A program made the translations under genes and the position numbers. 64,000 nucleotides of DNA from NCBI GenBank assembly GCA_964016885.1, contig OZ024757.1:17608001-17672000 (forward strand), given 5' to 3'. Positions 12,786 to 25,999 of this stretch are shown in pieces. Below the pieces are notes generated by a model. That model was not told the origin of the DNA, ran no database searches, and saw nothing but the letters and a program-made list of their open reading frames with translations. This DNA comes from Eledone cirrhosa. Its lineage: Eukaryota. Every line of letters begins with the position of its first letter. Within the stretch, counting starts at the first letter, position 1.

Positions 12786-13539
12786 CAGAGAATACTTAAA
12801 AAGCAGAGATATATTTAACAGTGAAAATTTTATATTTCTATATTGTTAAACTGTAGATATCAACTTTCCTGTCCAGACCAATACTCTCCAATGTGAGCAG
12901 TGGTATTCCAGCATGTTCTATAAATTTTATCCTATCTCTTGGGAGATCTCCTCTGTGGCATTTCCCTTGGAAATTCATTCTTCTAGGACTTTCTAACATA
13001 GCTATTACTTCCTCTCCTGATAACATGTCAACACCAGTTTAACCTCCACCTTTTTATGAGCAGGAGTCAATTGTTCCTCTATATCCTTTTCTCACTTCTT
13101 CTCTATCACTCTCTCTCTCTCCTTCTCTGGGAGAAATCGGCTGTGTTTAGACCAGGAGTCAGGAATCTATATAGATATCCATACAATATCTAATTTCACT
13201 TGAAGTTTTATTCAGATATCAATTGTGTTCAGACCTGGAGAGAGAAGATCGACTCCATCAGGTTTTAAAATATGCCCAAGAAACACTGTAAGTCACTAGA
13301 GTACCCCTAGTGTTACAGGTCCATACAATATATATATATAAATATATGTGTATATATATATATATATACACACACGCACGCATATATATGCCTTTCCCTG
13401 GAAGAAATCAGAACAGTGTATTCAAATCTGGAAGGAGGGTGCGGTCTCCATCAGATAATACCCAACAAATGTTATATGTCACTAAGGTACCCCCATCACT
13501 CCACTCCTATATCTGGGTTAGCCAGATATAGGAGTGGAG

Positions 13540-13790
13540 TGATAGTTAGGATTAAGATTGACTATAGTGAAGAGTACAGAGAGCAGGTGGGTGTCCACCA
13601 GAGCTCTGTTCCTAGTCCTCTCTTGTTAATTCTCATCCTGCAGGCTATAACAGAGGTGTTTAAGACTGGCTGCCCATGGGGACTCCTGTATGGAGATGAT
13701 CTAACATTTATAGCTGAATCTATGGCAGAACTAGAGAAGAAATTCAAAATCTGAAAACATGGCCTAGGATCAAAGAGTCTAAGAACCACT
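13540..13790 (+). mobile_element. RTE LINE RT fragment
   Basis: QVGVHQSSVPSPLL...TGCPWGLLYGDDL in ORF 13416-13754. Upstream flank is paralogous to 3460-3720. Confidence 0.8.
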
Positions 13791-16692
13791 AATTTTCCAC
13801 ACACCGAGAAGAGTTCCCGTCTATTACTATTTGGGCCCAGTTCCGGGACTTCATTTCCTCTCCAAAATACCAACATGCCCGTCTTGTCTCTTCGCAGCCT
13901 AAGTAGTGCGGCTCCTTCTTCCAATGGTTTAGCAGTCAATCCGTATCCTTGCAAATGGCTTGTGACCTCTGCCGCCAAGTCTCGTCCACTAAGATGTCGT
14001 CGATGTAGAAATTGGTGGCCCTCTTCATCTTGTCGGCCTTTCCCAGAATGGTCTTGAGGACCGCCGCCATCATCTTCGGTGCAGAGTTCAGCCCGAAACC
14101 GAGCCTGGTCAGGCAATATGTCCGGCCCTTATACCTGACAAGCTGATACTGCCACAGCTTCTCCTCCACGTGTAGCCGTAGATATGCCAACTTTAAGTTG
14201 ACGATCGTGGAAGCCCCCGTCATACATCTCCACTTGCTCAGAGTTTCCCCGCTGACATCCATGACCTCACCACCCATGTGACACGACACATGCTCGTTCA
14301 GCTCCCGAAAACCCAACACTGGTCTCACCTTGTTCTTCGTGGGTTGCACCACAGCCATTAACGGCAGCACCCCACACTTCACTTCCTCCTTCCAGGGAAC
14401 CAGTATGCCCTGCTCAATCCATCTCTCTCCTAGTATCTCCTTTCAGTGTGTGCTGATAGCAGACCACTTTGTTCTTCAGTGTTGGCGGTTCTCCTTTCCA
14501 ATACCACTCAACAATCCACTGTTGCCCGTCGAACACCACCTTGAAGTCCTTATCCTGTACGCTGTGACCGGCATATTTTTCTTCGCGGGCCTTCTCGCCC
14601 TCCTGACACGTACTCACAGTGCATGCTGGTGCAGCGCCACCAAATGTTACTCCGACATCGTTACTGTGATGCCTCCTAATCGGCCAATCGAGTCCATGCC
14701 CATAACCATGTCAATTCCATCCACTACGCAGTCGACCACAATGGCTGAAAGCCTAATTCTCTTTCGCCTTACCACCATCTCCACATCGCTGCGACCTCTA
14801 CCTTCAATCTTCCTACCGTCGACTGCCCTTATGATGCTCCTCCTTCCCCCCCCCCCCCCGTGGTCACCAGTGTCGTACATCCCGTGTCCACGAGGGCTCG
14901 TAATGGCTTTCCCTTCACCACAGGCAGCGCCTCTACACTCGAGCTCGAGGGGTAGCTACCGGTGCAGTAACTCCCCTTGGATCGTTTCCCTGGTCGCAAT
15001 TGGTAGCGATGTGGCCTGGCCGCCTACACCGCTAGCAAATTATGTCTGGTTTCGACTCCTTGCAATCTTTTGCCATGTGCGCACCCTGGTACCTATAACA
15101 ACGACCACTAAACGTGTGCAGGCGACTGTTTGCTGTGTTTGTCACCCTTTCGGCATTTCGCTGTCGGCTGCCCCGGGGCCTCCATCGCCGCAACACTCTT
15201 CTTAGCATCTTCCGCTATGATGCGGGCTTGCTCTACCAATGTACGCATCTCCACTTCCTTGTAGCCAGGTATTTGCTGCAGTCTCACCGCGATGTCCTCC
15301 GGAAATCCGTTTATAAATGCCAGCCGCACTGAACACTCGACCTGAAACCCCGCCAGCATGGCCAATCCCCTTATCTCCGCAGCAAGAATATCCACATGCT
15401 GACCTTATCCTTGCCAGCTTGGCAAACGCGGTACACAGACCTTCCGCAAATGCCGTTCAATTTTTTGCGCGTCCCTCTGGCTGATTTCGTCCATCTCGAG
15501 GTGCAATACTAGCCCCCTCCCCCCCAGATATAGCGCCATGGGACCGGCCGCATCGTCTATCTTTTGTAGCCCGGCGACCACCCTGACCTTTCACATCCAA
15601 GAGATGTCTCCTTCACCGGTAAAAGCTTTAAGTACTTCACCGCTCAACCGTAATCGCGTCGCCATCTCTTTAGTCCTGCGGTAAGTAATAAAACAAGATA
15701 GTCTTTGTTTTTAAGTAGCTTTGTCCCTTCTTTTTTTTTTTTTTTCCCCCCCAATTGTACGTCTTCATGTGCCGAAATAGCTTGTGGTGAGAAAGCTATT
15801 CCCCTTACCGCAAGTCTGCTGGTTCACTCTAAGCCGTGCATCAATCTCGGTGTTATAATCCATTCGCCAAGTCACCGCGAGAGACGCCGCCTCGGAAACG
15901 CATCTCACCTCACTCCTCTGGTCAAGCGTCCCCATCTGACGTCACTCCTCCTTTGCCTCCGGCCAAGCGTCCCCAGCTTCCAGTCACCACCTCCTCCGCC
16001 CACGGTCAAGCGTCTCCGGCTTCCAGTCACCTCCTCCACCTCTGGTCAAGCGTCCCCGGCTTCCAGTCACCTCCTCCACCTCCGGTCAAGCGTCCCCATC
16101 TGACGTCACTCCTCCTTTGCCTCCGGCCAAGCGTCCCCAGCTTCCAGTCACCACCTCCTCCGCCCACGGTCAAGCGTCTCCGGCTTCCAGTCACCTCCTC
16201 CACCTCTGGTCAAGCGTCCCCGGCTTCCAGTCACCTCCTCCACCTCCGGTCAAGCGTCCCCGGCTTCCAGTCACCTCCTCCACCTCTGGTCAAGCGTCCC
16301 CGGCTTCCAGTCACCTCCTCCACCTCCGGTCAAGCGTCCCCGGCTTCCAGTCACCTCCTCCACCTCTGGCCAAGCGTCCCCGGCTTCCAGTCACCTCCTC
16401 CACCTCTGGTCAAGCGTCCCCGGCTTCCAGTCACCACCTCCGGTCAAGCGTCCCCGGCTTCCAGTCACCTCCTCCACCTCCGGTCAAGCGTCCCCGGCTT
16501 CCAGTCACCTCCTCCACCTCTGGCCAAGCGTCCCCGGCTTCCAGTCACCTCCGGCCAAGCGTCCCCGGCTTCCAGTCACCTCCGGTCAAGCGTCCCCAGC
16601 TTCCAATCACCTCCTCCACCTCCGGTCAAGCGTCCCCAGCTTCCAGTCACCTCCGGTCAAGCATCCCCAGCTTCCAGTCACCTCCTCCACAC
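13790..16692 (-). mobile_element. Degraded Ty3/Gypsy-like LTR retrotransposon (5' LTR, gag with two CCHC knuckles, protease, RT; 3' truncated)
   Basis: CYRYQGAHMAKDC and CxRCRRPGHIATNC near 15000-15110; YDTG near 14875; LTRLGFGLNSAP...FYIDD in 13936-14382; PBS-like TGGGGG next to the putative LTR end at ~15756. Confidence 0.75.
15915..16690. repeat. 40-bp GC-rich minisatellite (~19 units)
   Basis: Unit ccggtcaagcgtccccggcttccagtcacctcctccacct; translates as a 40-aa period cycling through three frames. Confidence 0.92.
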
Positions 16693-16694
16693 AG

Positions 16695-16922
16695 TTCCTA
16701 CTCTGGTTACAGTAACTTCACCTGCCTCCACAGCTAATTTGGTCAGCCAAGTAACAGAAACTGTCAACTGCTTCTATGGCACCCTTTAAAAATTTGATAC
16801 AGCTTGTCTCCTGAGCGCGATTGCTGCTTACTGCTCCAGTGCAATGACTACATGTAAAACCTGCGTTCTTAGATAACTTACCATGTATCCCACTAAATCT
16901 CTCGTGTACCAATAGTCTATTT
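16695..16922 (-). mobile_element. RTE LINE fragment
   Basis: LVHERFSGIHGKL...AVDSFCYLADQISCGG (ORF 16718-16945). Confidence 0.8.
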
Positions 16923-16924
16923 AG

Positions 16925-19900
16925 TGTAAATATCGTTTTATACACTTAACATGTATGTGCAACCATTGATTTCCAAGTCCACTTATGGCCATCACTGTTT
17001 ATTAGAGGAGGCACTTCCAAACTGACCCTTCGTTGGGAATGCCGACAAATATATTAAAAGGAATTTCTTTCCTCCAACAATTTTCACCCCAAACAGAGGG
17101 TGAGTTGGTTATAGGGTTATTTACTCCAAACTTGTGTGTGGTCAGTTCAAGAACCTGTTGCGAAAGAGAGGAAGATTGCTCTTTGCTCCCTCCTTTATAA
17201 TACCTAGAACGGAAGTTCAAGGAATACTCTAGAAATTCTACGGGAAGTAACTCTAGCTACTTCCCTTTGTCTAGAGAGCGCTACAAGACTCCCCTCTCAG
17301 ACGAGAAGTCGAATAACCAACCGAAGGTCATTGTAGCGAGAACCCGTAAGAAATGAGGAGCAAAGCAAAGGTACAAGAAAGTGCATGAAGAAAACGAGCT
17401 CACAACTGAAGCAAATAGCAAAAAGTACAAAACAAGTAAATGCATTTTACAAAGAAAAAATTTTTGCTGCACAAAGATGATGCAGAAAAATGTAAATGTC
17501 ACAAAACTGATAATTTAAAGTTAACATAAGGGAGCAGAGAAAAAATTAATGCTCAATGGTTAGTTCAAAGTTTCTTCAAAATCAAATAGTTCATACTTCA
17601 CCAGTGTACAGACTAATTCTATATGAACCTGAGAAGAGTTTATTGATGCCACCAGGGGTTAAATGTATATAGTTTTTGACAATTTATGTGGCCATTTTAC
17701 TGTTCTGGCACTTCGTGTGACATAAGGTTGTGTGGTATTTGGTGTTTGAGGTGAAGGTGTTGGTGTAGGAGTGTATGTACGAGGTGTGTCAGGCATTGTA
17801 ATGAGACTTTCAGAGAAAGCCCTCTTTGCTCTGTCAATAGATATTGTCTCTTTTCGACCATTGACAGCCACTGTGAAATGTTTTGGTGTGTGCGAAAGCA
17901 CACAAAAAGGTCCATTATAGGGCGACATAAGCAGTCCCTTGACGGAATCATTCCGTATAAAAATGTGTGTCCACGTAGAGATGTCCGATGGAACAGCAGA
18001 AGAAATAGACTGGTCACGAGGGTTCATTGGTGGAAGATCCGAGAAGTAAGAACAAATCCTGGTGACATATGATGTTGGATCAAGTTGCGACGAATCAACC
18101 GGTACTAGCATTTGACCGGGAAGAGTTAAGGTGGTACCGTAAAGAAGTTCAGCTGAGGAGAAACCCAAATCTGTCTTAACGGTAGAACGACAACAAAAGA
18201 AGCACGATTGGCAAAAATTCGATCCAACGTTGCGGATCGGGAGTAGTGCGGAGTGCAGCTTTCAACTGTCTGTGAAACCTCTCCACCATTCCATTGGAGG
18301 CTGGTCGTATGAATGTGATGAGCACCCAAAAGTAGGGATATTTCACGAAATAAGGTAGCCTCTTACTGGCGTCCCCGATCTGTGGTTATTTTAGAAGGAA
18401 TACCAAAGCGAGCAATCCAATTGGAAATGAAAGCTTGGGCAACCGACTCTGCTGTTATGTCCACTAGGGTATGGTTTCAGGCCACCGAGAGAAACGATCG
18501 ATACAGGTCAATATATATATGAATCCACGACTAACGGGCCATGCACCAACAATATCCATGTGAATGTGATGGAAACGAGCGTCCGGCGGGCTGAATTTAC
18601 CAAGAGGAGTGTGAAGATGCCGATGAAACTTAGAGCGCTGACACTGCAAACAAGAACGTGCCCAACTAGTGATTAAATGACGCATGCTAGGCCATAAAAA
18701 TCGGGCCGTGATGTGCTTCACCATGGCAGCTATGCCGAGATGCGACAAGGAATGAAGTGCATCAAAAATGGTACGCTGATGACAATTTGGAACAAGTGGT
18801 CTGGGTGAGCCATTAGAAATGTCGCAAAGAATTCTTCCTTCAGCAGACGGAAGAGGTAAATATTCAAATGTACAGCAGGAAAATTGGGTAGAAGAAGTAT
18901 CCAGAGAATCCAAAGAATGTTGGTTAGACGCAATGGCAACCAAATTAATATGTGCAGGAGACGCAAGGGAGCCGAGGCAGTGCGTCCGCGGGTACGTTGG
19001 CAGCTCCAGCTATATGACGAATGTCACTGGTGTACTGGGAGAAGAAATCCAAATGCCTGTATGCACTCGGAGAGTATCTATCGGACTTGGATTGAAGAGC
19101 GAATGTGAGTGGTTTATGGTCTGTGAATACCGTGAACTCCCGACCTTCAAGAAGATGGTGGAAGTGTCTCACAGCAAGATAAACTGCTAAAAGCTCTCTG
19201 TCAAAAGTACTGTAATGTTGCTCTGCTGGTTTTAGTTGGCGTGAGAAAAAGGATGAGCCAGTATGGAAACTTTAGCTATTTCGGACTTGATGGATTCTAA
19301 AGATTGCAAAGCATCGGAAGAAAGTGAAATGGTAGCATCTTTCTTTTTCACAGCCTTTAAAAACTGTGTCAAGGGAAACAACTTGCCTGCACAGTTAGGA
19401 ATGAAACGACAATAAAAGTTGATTAATCCTAAGAAATGACGTAACTGTCTCAATGAGGTGGGGTGTGTGTGGGGGTGTGCGATTCGCTGAATCGCTTCCA
19501 CCTTAGATGGCAGAGGTCGAATGCCTTCTGAATCTATAAGATGTCCTAGGAATTCCAGTGAAGCTGTACCAAACACACATTTAGCTGGACTGATTCTGAC
19601 CTGGTACGATTGAAGACGTTGAAATAACTGAGATAGATGTTGCTGATGATGTTCAGCTGTGTCGCTGGCTATTAGGAGGTCATCCACATAAGCAAACACG
19701 AAATCCAATCCACGCATGACATCATCGATAAAACGTTGGAACGTGCTAGTGGCATTCCACAAGCCAAAAGGCATAGACAGGAATTCAAATGAACCAAAGT
19801 AGGTGGTCACGGCTGTCTTTGGTATATCCTCTGGATTCATGGGTATCTGGTGGTATGCACGTATTAGATCTATTTTGGAAAATATCGTGCATCCACGAAG

Positions 19901-21450
19901 AATGGATGAAAAATCCTGTAAGTTGGGTAAAGGATAATGAATGATCAGGCGTGGTGATAGCGTTAAGTCTTCAGTAATCTCCTACCAGTCTAAAATCCGC
20001 TTCACCCTTTCGAGTCAAGTGCAGTGGAGATGCCCATGGACTGGTGGAAGGTTGTATAAGATCGAGCTGGAGCATGTGCTCAAACTCGTTTCGTGCTTTT
20101 TTTAGTCTATCCGGAGCCAACCTCCGTGGACGAGAGAAAACAGGTGGACCAGTTGTAACAAAGTGTTGAGTCGAGTGGACTGCCTGGGTAGGTTTAAATG
20201 AAATATCCGTTAACTCGGGAAACAAAGTCAGGAGTGCATGAAACTGGTTTCCAGCGGCAGCCACAAAAAACGACGGACTGACAACAGCAGTAGTAGATTT
20301 ACGAGTAGGCATAGATAAGGATGTGGTACTATCCACAAGTTTCTGGATCCTGACATCTACCAAAAGTGAATAGTACTGTAAGAAATCTGCACCGAGAATA
20401 GGATGAGGTAGGTCGGCAATGACAAAAATCCATTTAAAATCTCGACGCAAAGCTAGGTCCAATGATAAAGATATCTGTCCATAGGTTTTTATATGAGACT
20501 GGTTTACTGCATAAAATGAAATGCCGGAGAGAGTTGGCTTGGTAGAGATGAACCGTAAGGGCCAAATACTGCAACTAGATCCTGTGTCCACCATAAATGA
20601 CTTGTTCGAGACTCGGTCTCTGATAAAGAAAGCACGATAAGGTGAATTAATGAGGGAGAGGTCTGCCGTGCGCAGACTCTCCAATTTTAGTTTTCCGAGG
20701 TCTCGAAAGAGCAGGGTTGAATACAATGTTTCGCCTTTTCACAAAAACGCATGTGATACCAACACAAAGACGAGTTGTTGGTGAGGAGATTGGCGCGACG
20801 ATGAAAGGAAGAAGACCGACTTTGTGAACGACACATAGATGGCGTTCAATCCCGACACAGTTTAGCTACTTGCCTAGTTAATGCGTCGATGGCTTTCAAC
20901 ATTGAGTCCTCACAAGGTGAAGCAGGCTGGGTTTTGAAAGCAGAAGTGACGACCGAATCTGCTGAGGTAGGTTTCCTAGAAAACTCCATAATTCTGTCCG
21001 CAGAGGCAGCAATTTGTTCTATCGAACTGGCGTCAACCATATTTGCAAATATGGTTTGCACATTAGTTGGCAAACGGGAGAAGAATAACTTTTTTACGAT
21101 ACGCCGTAAAAACTCTGTAGGAGTTCTGTCCCCCAGATTTTCATCCTCTAATAAGGAACGAAATCTAGTCTCAGACGACCTACTGTTCCTACGCAGTACC
21201 TCTGTCTTCAGAGACTCGTAGGAAACACCTAAGGGTCCGTGATTATGTCTTTTACTGTAATTGCTAGCGAAGCGGGAATTCCACTGATTAGCACGTTTAA
21301 TTTTTGGTGTTTTTCCTGTACTCCGTTGACCGCAAAATACGCATCGAGCTGGGCGAACCACAATTTGGCATCGCCAGAATACACTGGTAACGATGTGTTG
21401 CTCATTATTGTGACACGGTGGATGCCGAGTGAGGAATGCTCATAGACAAA
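16925..21450 (-). mobile_element. Ty3/Gypsy element, CsRN1-like (CHCC gag, PR, RT, RNase H, IN, 3' LTR; 5' LTR not found)
   Basis: Gag WFAQL and CWYHMRFCEKAKHCIQPC; MVDTGS; MPFGL...YVDD; VFTDHKPL; integrase HSLSH...CLQC...CIDRFSRW. PPT GAGAGGGGAG precedes the LTR at ~16925-17285. Many frameshifts. Confidence 0.9.
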
Positions 21451-22452
21451 ATTTGGTCGAGAGAGATGACCTTTGGTGTTGTTGACTTTTCAGCTATTTT
21501 GTAAATAGCTACAATAATTAAGGTAAAAATATAGAGGGTGAGAGAAAGAAACAGACTGAGAAAGAGCAAGAGTCAACCCCAGTATTTAACTGGTATATTA
21601 TTTAAAAACCTAAAAAAATAGCAGTAAAGTTGACCTCAGTTGGATTTAAACAGAAAGTTGAGAGCTGGAACAAATACTGCAAATCTACAGATATATATAT
21701 ACATGATCATATAAATATAGATACACATGTAATTATACACACATAGAAATGGTTGGTAGCTTTGCAATCTAGGTGACTTAATTAGCAATGGAGGGGGGTG
21801 TTCTGAGAGAAGAATATCTAGAACAAGGGTAAGATGGAAAAAAGTGCTGTGACTGCAGAGGACAAGTATACTGGAGAGAAATGAAGCAACCATGCATCAC
21901 AGTTGACAGCTCAGACCCCTCTACGAACATCCAGCACAGAATCGTAAAGCTCAGAGACAAAAACAAAATCAATTATTGATCTCTGTCCATGATTCCCCTT
22001 ATGCCATCTATGAATGTCTCTGTGATGAAAGGATGTATCCATAATAGAGTCCATCCGACTAATCCCACACCCGCCCCTCGTATAGAGACACCAGAGTAAC
22101 AAGAAGCTATCCATCGGTTTCATACTCCTACAGATACCGTGGAACGCGGTCGTATGCCTTTTTGATGTCTACAAAGGAAGAAAACAACCCTTCGCAGTAC
22201 TCCCACGATTTCTCAAAGACCTGCTTAATGTAGAAAAAAAAAAATTAAAAAAAATTGTGCTATTTCATTAAATTGCTCCAAAATGTATTGAAAGATGTAA
22301 CGGGGTTGTATTGTAATAGTAACACGTTACCACGTGGTTTACGATAGCTAAACAAAACTACTGTTTAAATAGTTGTTGGTGACATTATGAAGGAACCTAA
22401 AAATAAAATGTTTCAATGAAACTGTTCAACAAAAAATAAAGCTATACTTTAC

Positions 22453-22572
22453 CTTCATAAAACTGGAAAAATCTCAGTTTTTAACATTTATTCGAGGGTT
22501 CGGAAAATATGGAAATCTTCAAGCAGCCATTTTTTTCCCCTAGATAAATATATACCAAACACGCATGCGCAA
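22453..22572 (-). promoter_or_regulatory. Putative promoter and non-coding first exon of ZNF1 (intron 12756-22452)
   Basis: Minus strand GCGCATGCGT (NRF1-like), an AT-rich box, AAAATGGCTGC (YY1-like) and donor GAAG|GTAAAG at 22452-22451. Paralogous to 1475-1592. Confidence 0.55.
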
Positions 22573-22814
22573 GAAATATATATATATATATATTTATTTA
22601 AGAGCGTGAACCTAATAAACCTTTATTTGTCTGCCTCTCTGTTTTGTTCCGGTCTAAATTTGCACTACATGTGTGTGTATATATTCACATTTATATATGC
22701 ATATTTATTTGTGTATATATTCATATATACATATGTGTGTATGTATATATGTGTATTTATTTATATACAAATATATTATTAATATGTATAGAAACATATG
22801 TGTATATATATTTG

Positions 22815-23570
22815 TTTGTCAACTTACCTTCTTCACATATAATCAATGTGTTGCGTTGATAGTTTTTACTAAACAACAAAAGAAACAATCTCTTTGTTGT
22901 TAAATTAGAAGTTGCAATGATTTTATCAGCTTTATTTCACATTAACGTTGGCGTATCTTCATCTTTAGTCATAAATTGATATCTTATCAGAATGAAGTAG
23001 TAAAGCTGACTTTGTCTTTAGCCCCAGATTTGATAGGAAATATGTATTTATTAGGTTGATATGTGGTCTAAAATATATATTGTCCATGAATGACTGATAT
23101 CAGATGTTCTGGTGAAATAGTCGTTTTCTACTAGAGATTATAATAGAGCTGTTAGTAGACACAATTGTAAAGTAAGAATAGATATGACAGTGTAAGACTG
23201 ATGTCAGGGAGGGAAAATTGTGTGTATGTATATATATAATTGTTACACAAGATATAAGATTAACAGCAGTTACGTTGAGAATATTTCAACTTTCTCCGGT
23301 GTCATGCGTTAAAAGTCCCTGATATAATTTAATACATTTAGACAGTACCAATCGTATTGAATTGATGGTAAATCGAAAAGTGTCACCCAGTAAAATATCA
23401 ATTATATATTTATAAGAAAACCTCTACGTAGTCACTCTACCTGCTAGAAATAGCAGCGAAATTATCTTTTAGAGCTTTATTTTTTGTTGAAACTTCCGTA
23501 AGTTTTGTTGTACAATCAATAACAGTAAGTCTTTTGTACAGACTCGAAGACCGCTAAAATATAATTCTCC
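22815..23570. repeat. Conserved upstream block (copy 2), including a minus-strand donor AAG|GTAAGT at 22827-22826
   Basis: Aligns with 31180-31850, 5295-5870 and 51690-52830. Confidence 0.85.
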
Positions 23571-23639
23571 CTCTTATATATATATATAATGTATGTATAT
23601 ACATATATAGCTTGCTATAGATATTTATTCATGCCTAAT

Positions 23640-23760
23640 CAATTTTATCCGTTCGCTTTCAGGAAGCTAGCTGCAAACGCTAGTGTTGTTTCCCCTTTTC
23701 TCTCGTTGCATTATGGGAGTTAGCAGTGCAGTCAACTATAATAACCCAATTGCATTCTGC
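23640..23760 (-). mobile_element. LTR fragment related to the Gypsy at 59940-63152
   Basis: Reverse complement 'gttgactgcac...tcccataatgcaacgagagaaaaggggaaacaacactagc' matches those LTRs. Confidence 0.65.
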
Positions 23761-23834
23761 TTGCATACTCGACATATACATATATAGATAGACAGATAAT
23801 GTAGGTATATAGATATATATATTCATATATCTTC

Positions 23835-25370
23835 TTTTTCACCAACTTATTCCTTAGAGGGTCGTGGGTCAGAGTCCTCACACGCTACTTCCAGCAGGTC
23901 CTGTCAGAAGCTACCATTTCTAATGTATCTGGCAGAATCCTCAAGGATGACCAGCCAAGCTCATGGATGCTATTCAGCGAATGTAGGTCTTCTCCCACTT
24001 AGTTTGACCCGTAAAATGTGTTCAGTGAATTTTACAGAAAAATTCTACCCACATGTCCATAGTTGAGAAATAGTGGCTCGCCCTGGAGTGACTTTCTGAT
24101 CTCCAAGTTACACACTTTATCGAGTAACGTTACTCCAAAGACCTTTCAGTGGAATCCCATTTCAGCCACTTGTATTCATGATCGTATTAATTCGGTTATT
24201 TCCCAACATTCATGACCTTAGGTAAGGGTTGGTATGAATACCGAAACAAAAACTGAGTTTGGCTTTTACACCTACCTCCCTTCTTCTGATTGCTGAAGCT
24301 GGTGCACTACTGCAATTCTTGCACTTTATTCAGCCTCCTGCCTTCCATCACTCCCGAACCCTCAGAAACTTGAACATCTCCATTCTCATGTAGAGTGCAC
24401 TGTGCAGGCTTACCTGAGAGGTCGTGTGTTTCACTTTTCGCAGCACTGATTTCTATTCCAGCCATGCAGCACTCAGTATTAAACCTATGTGCAAGTCATA
24501 GGTCATCTGTTATGTTAAGTAACACCATATCGTATGCAAATTCCAGCTGATTGATTTTACATCTGCCAGTTGTGATACCATTTCCAGCCTGGCTGTGTAT
24601 GTCAATCCAGTTCATGTAAATAATGAAGGGAGGTGGCAGAGATGGACTCCTCCATTGAATGGTTTTCATTTAGCACCATTTATCTGAACACAAATACTGG
24701 AGCATTTGTATAGACATCATACTCCTGTAGAACCTTCCACAGCATGTCCTGAGGAGTGCAGTTATATGTCTTTCTGAGGTCAATAAAACAAGAATAAACC
24801 TCTAGGCAATATGGTTACTCTGTAGGTTACTAGTTTGACTACCAGATGACAGATAAAGATGCTCTGTCAAAGGACTTCTCCACATCAACAATATTTAAAT
24901 ATAGAGGCTTATTCTTAGCTAATAACATCTTTTGTAGTTTGTCACTAAGAAAAGGGTATCTGTAGTACTTCTCCCTGGCATAAAATCTAACAGTATCTCA
25001 TCTAATTTGATTCTTTCCCCAAGTAGTTGTATTAAAACTCTTCACTCACATTTCCATTATTTGTTTCATTAATTTCATGCCCGAGTAGTTGCTCCTTTCT
25101 AGTATCTCACCTTTTCCTTTATAGCATTATATTAGTATACTACTATGTCAGTTATTGGTTATGGCCCCATCCTATATTATCTGATTGACTATGTAGGTGA
25201 CTAGTTTGACATCTACTTCCCCAGAATCTTTCAACATCTCAGTTATTTCTAATGGAGCAGCAGCTTTACCATTTTTATTCCCCTTGATTGCTTCTTTGCC
25301 CCTATAACTATCTATTTCAATAGCTAGTCCTTCTTTGGGGTTAATTGGAGGTAGTCTCTCTTTTCAGTTA
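23835..25370 (-). mobile_element. Two degraded LINE RT fragments (RTE-like)
   Basis: Remnants of RT motifs (LPPPFIIYMNWID, FAYD; NYSGMKLM, DFMPGRSTTDTLFLV). The left part is shared with 56940-57485. Confidence 0.65.
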
Positions 25371-25599
25371 TTTACCATTTCACAGGGTTAACTAAGTATG
25401 TCCCATACTATTCATTTGATTAAATTAGTAAATTCTATACCATACAGTAGTTTCAACACACGTCTTGGTTAGATCTTTTACAAATAAACTGAGAGGAGAG
25501 TAATTTTTTAGTAAACCAGTTTTATTATGAACATTATTATGCCACATAAGTGGCACAATTTTGGGTGACTGGTGTGGTTCTTATCTTGTCTTATTGTGT

Positions 25600-25999
<400 letters not shown>

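Noticed and set aside
12852-13317. Possible solo LTR (TG...CA ends)
   Set aside because: No TSD and no second copy in the window; cannot be supported.
14330-15205. 291-aa plus-strand ORF and similar antisense ORFs over LINE and Gypsy elements
   Set aside because: They lie opposite recognisable TE coding sequence and have no motifs of their own.
15705-16789. Pro/Ser-rich ORFs of 132-317 aa; CRISPR-like look of the repeat
   Set aside because: These are translations of a stop-free 40-bp minisatellite. There are no unique spacers and no cas genes, and the context is eukaryotic.
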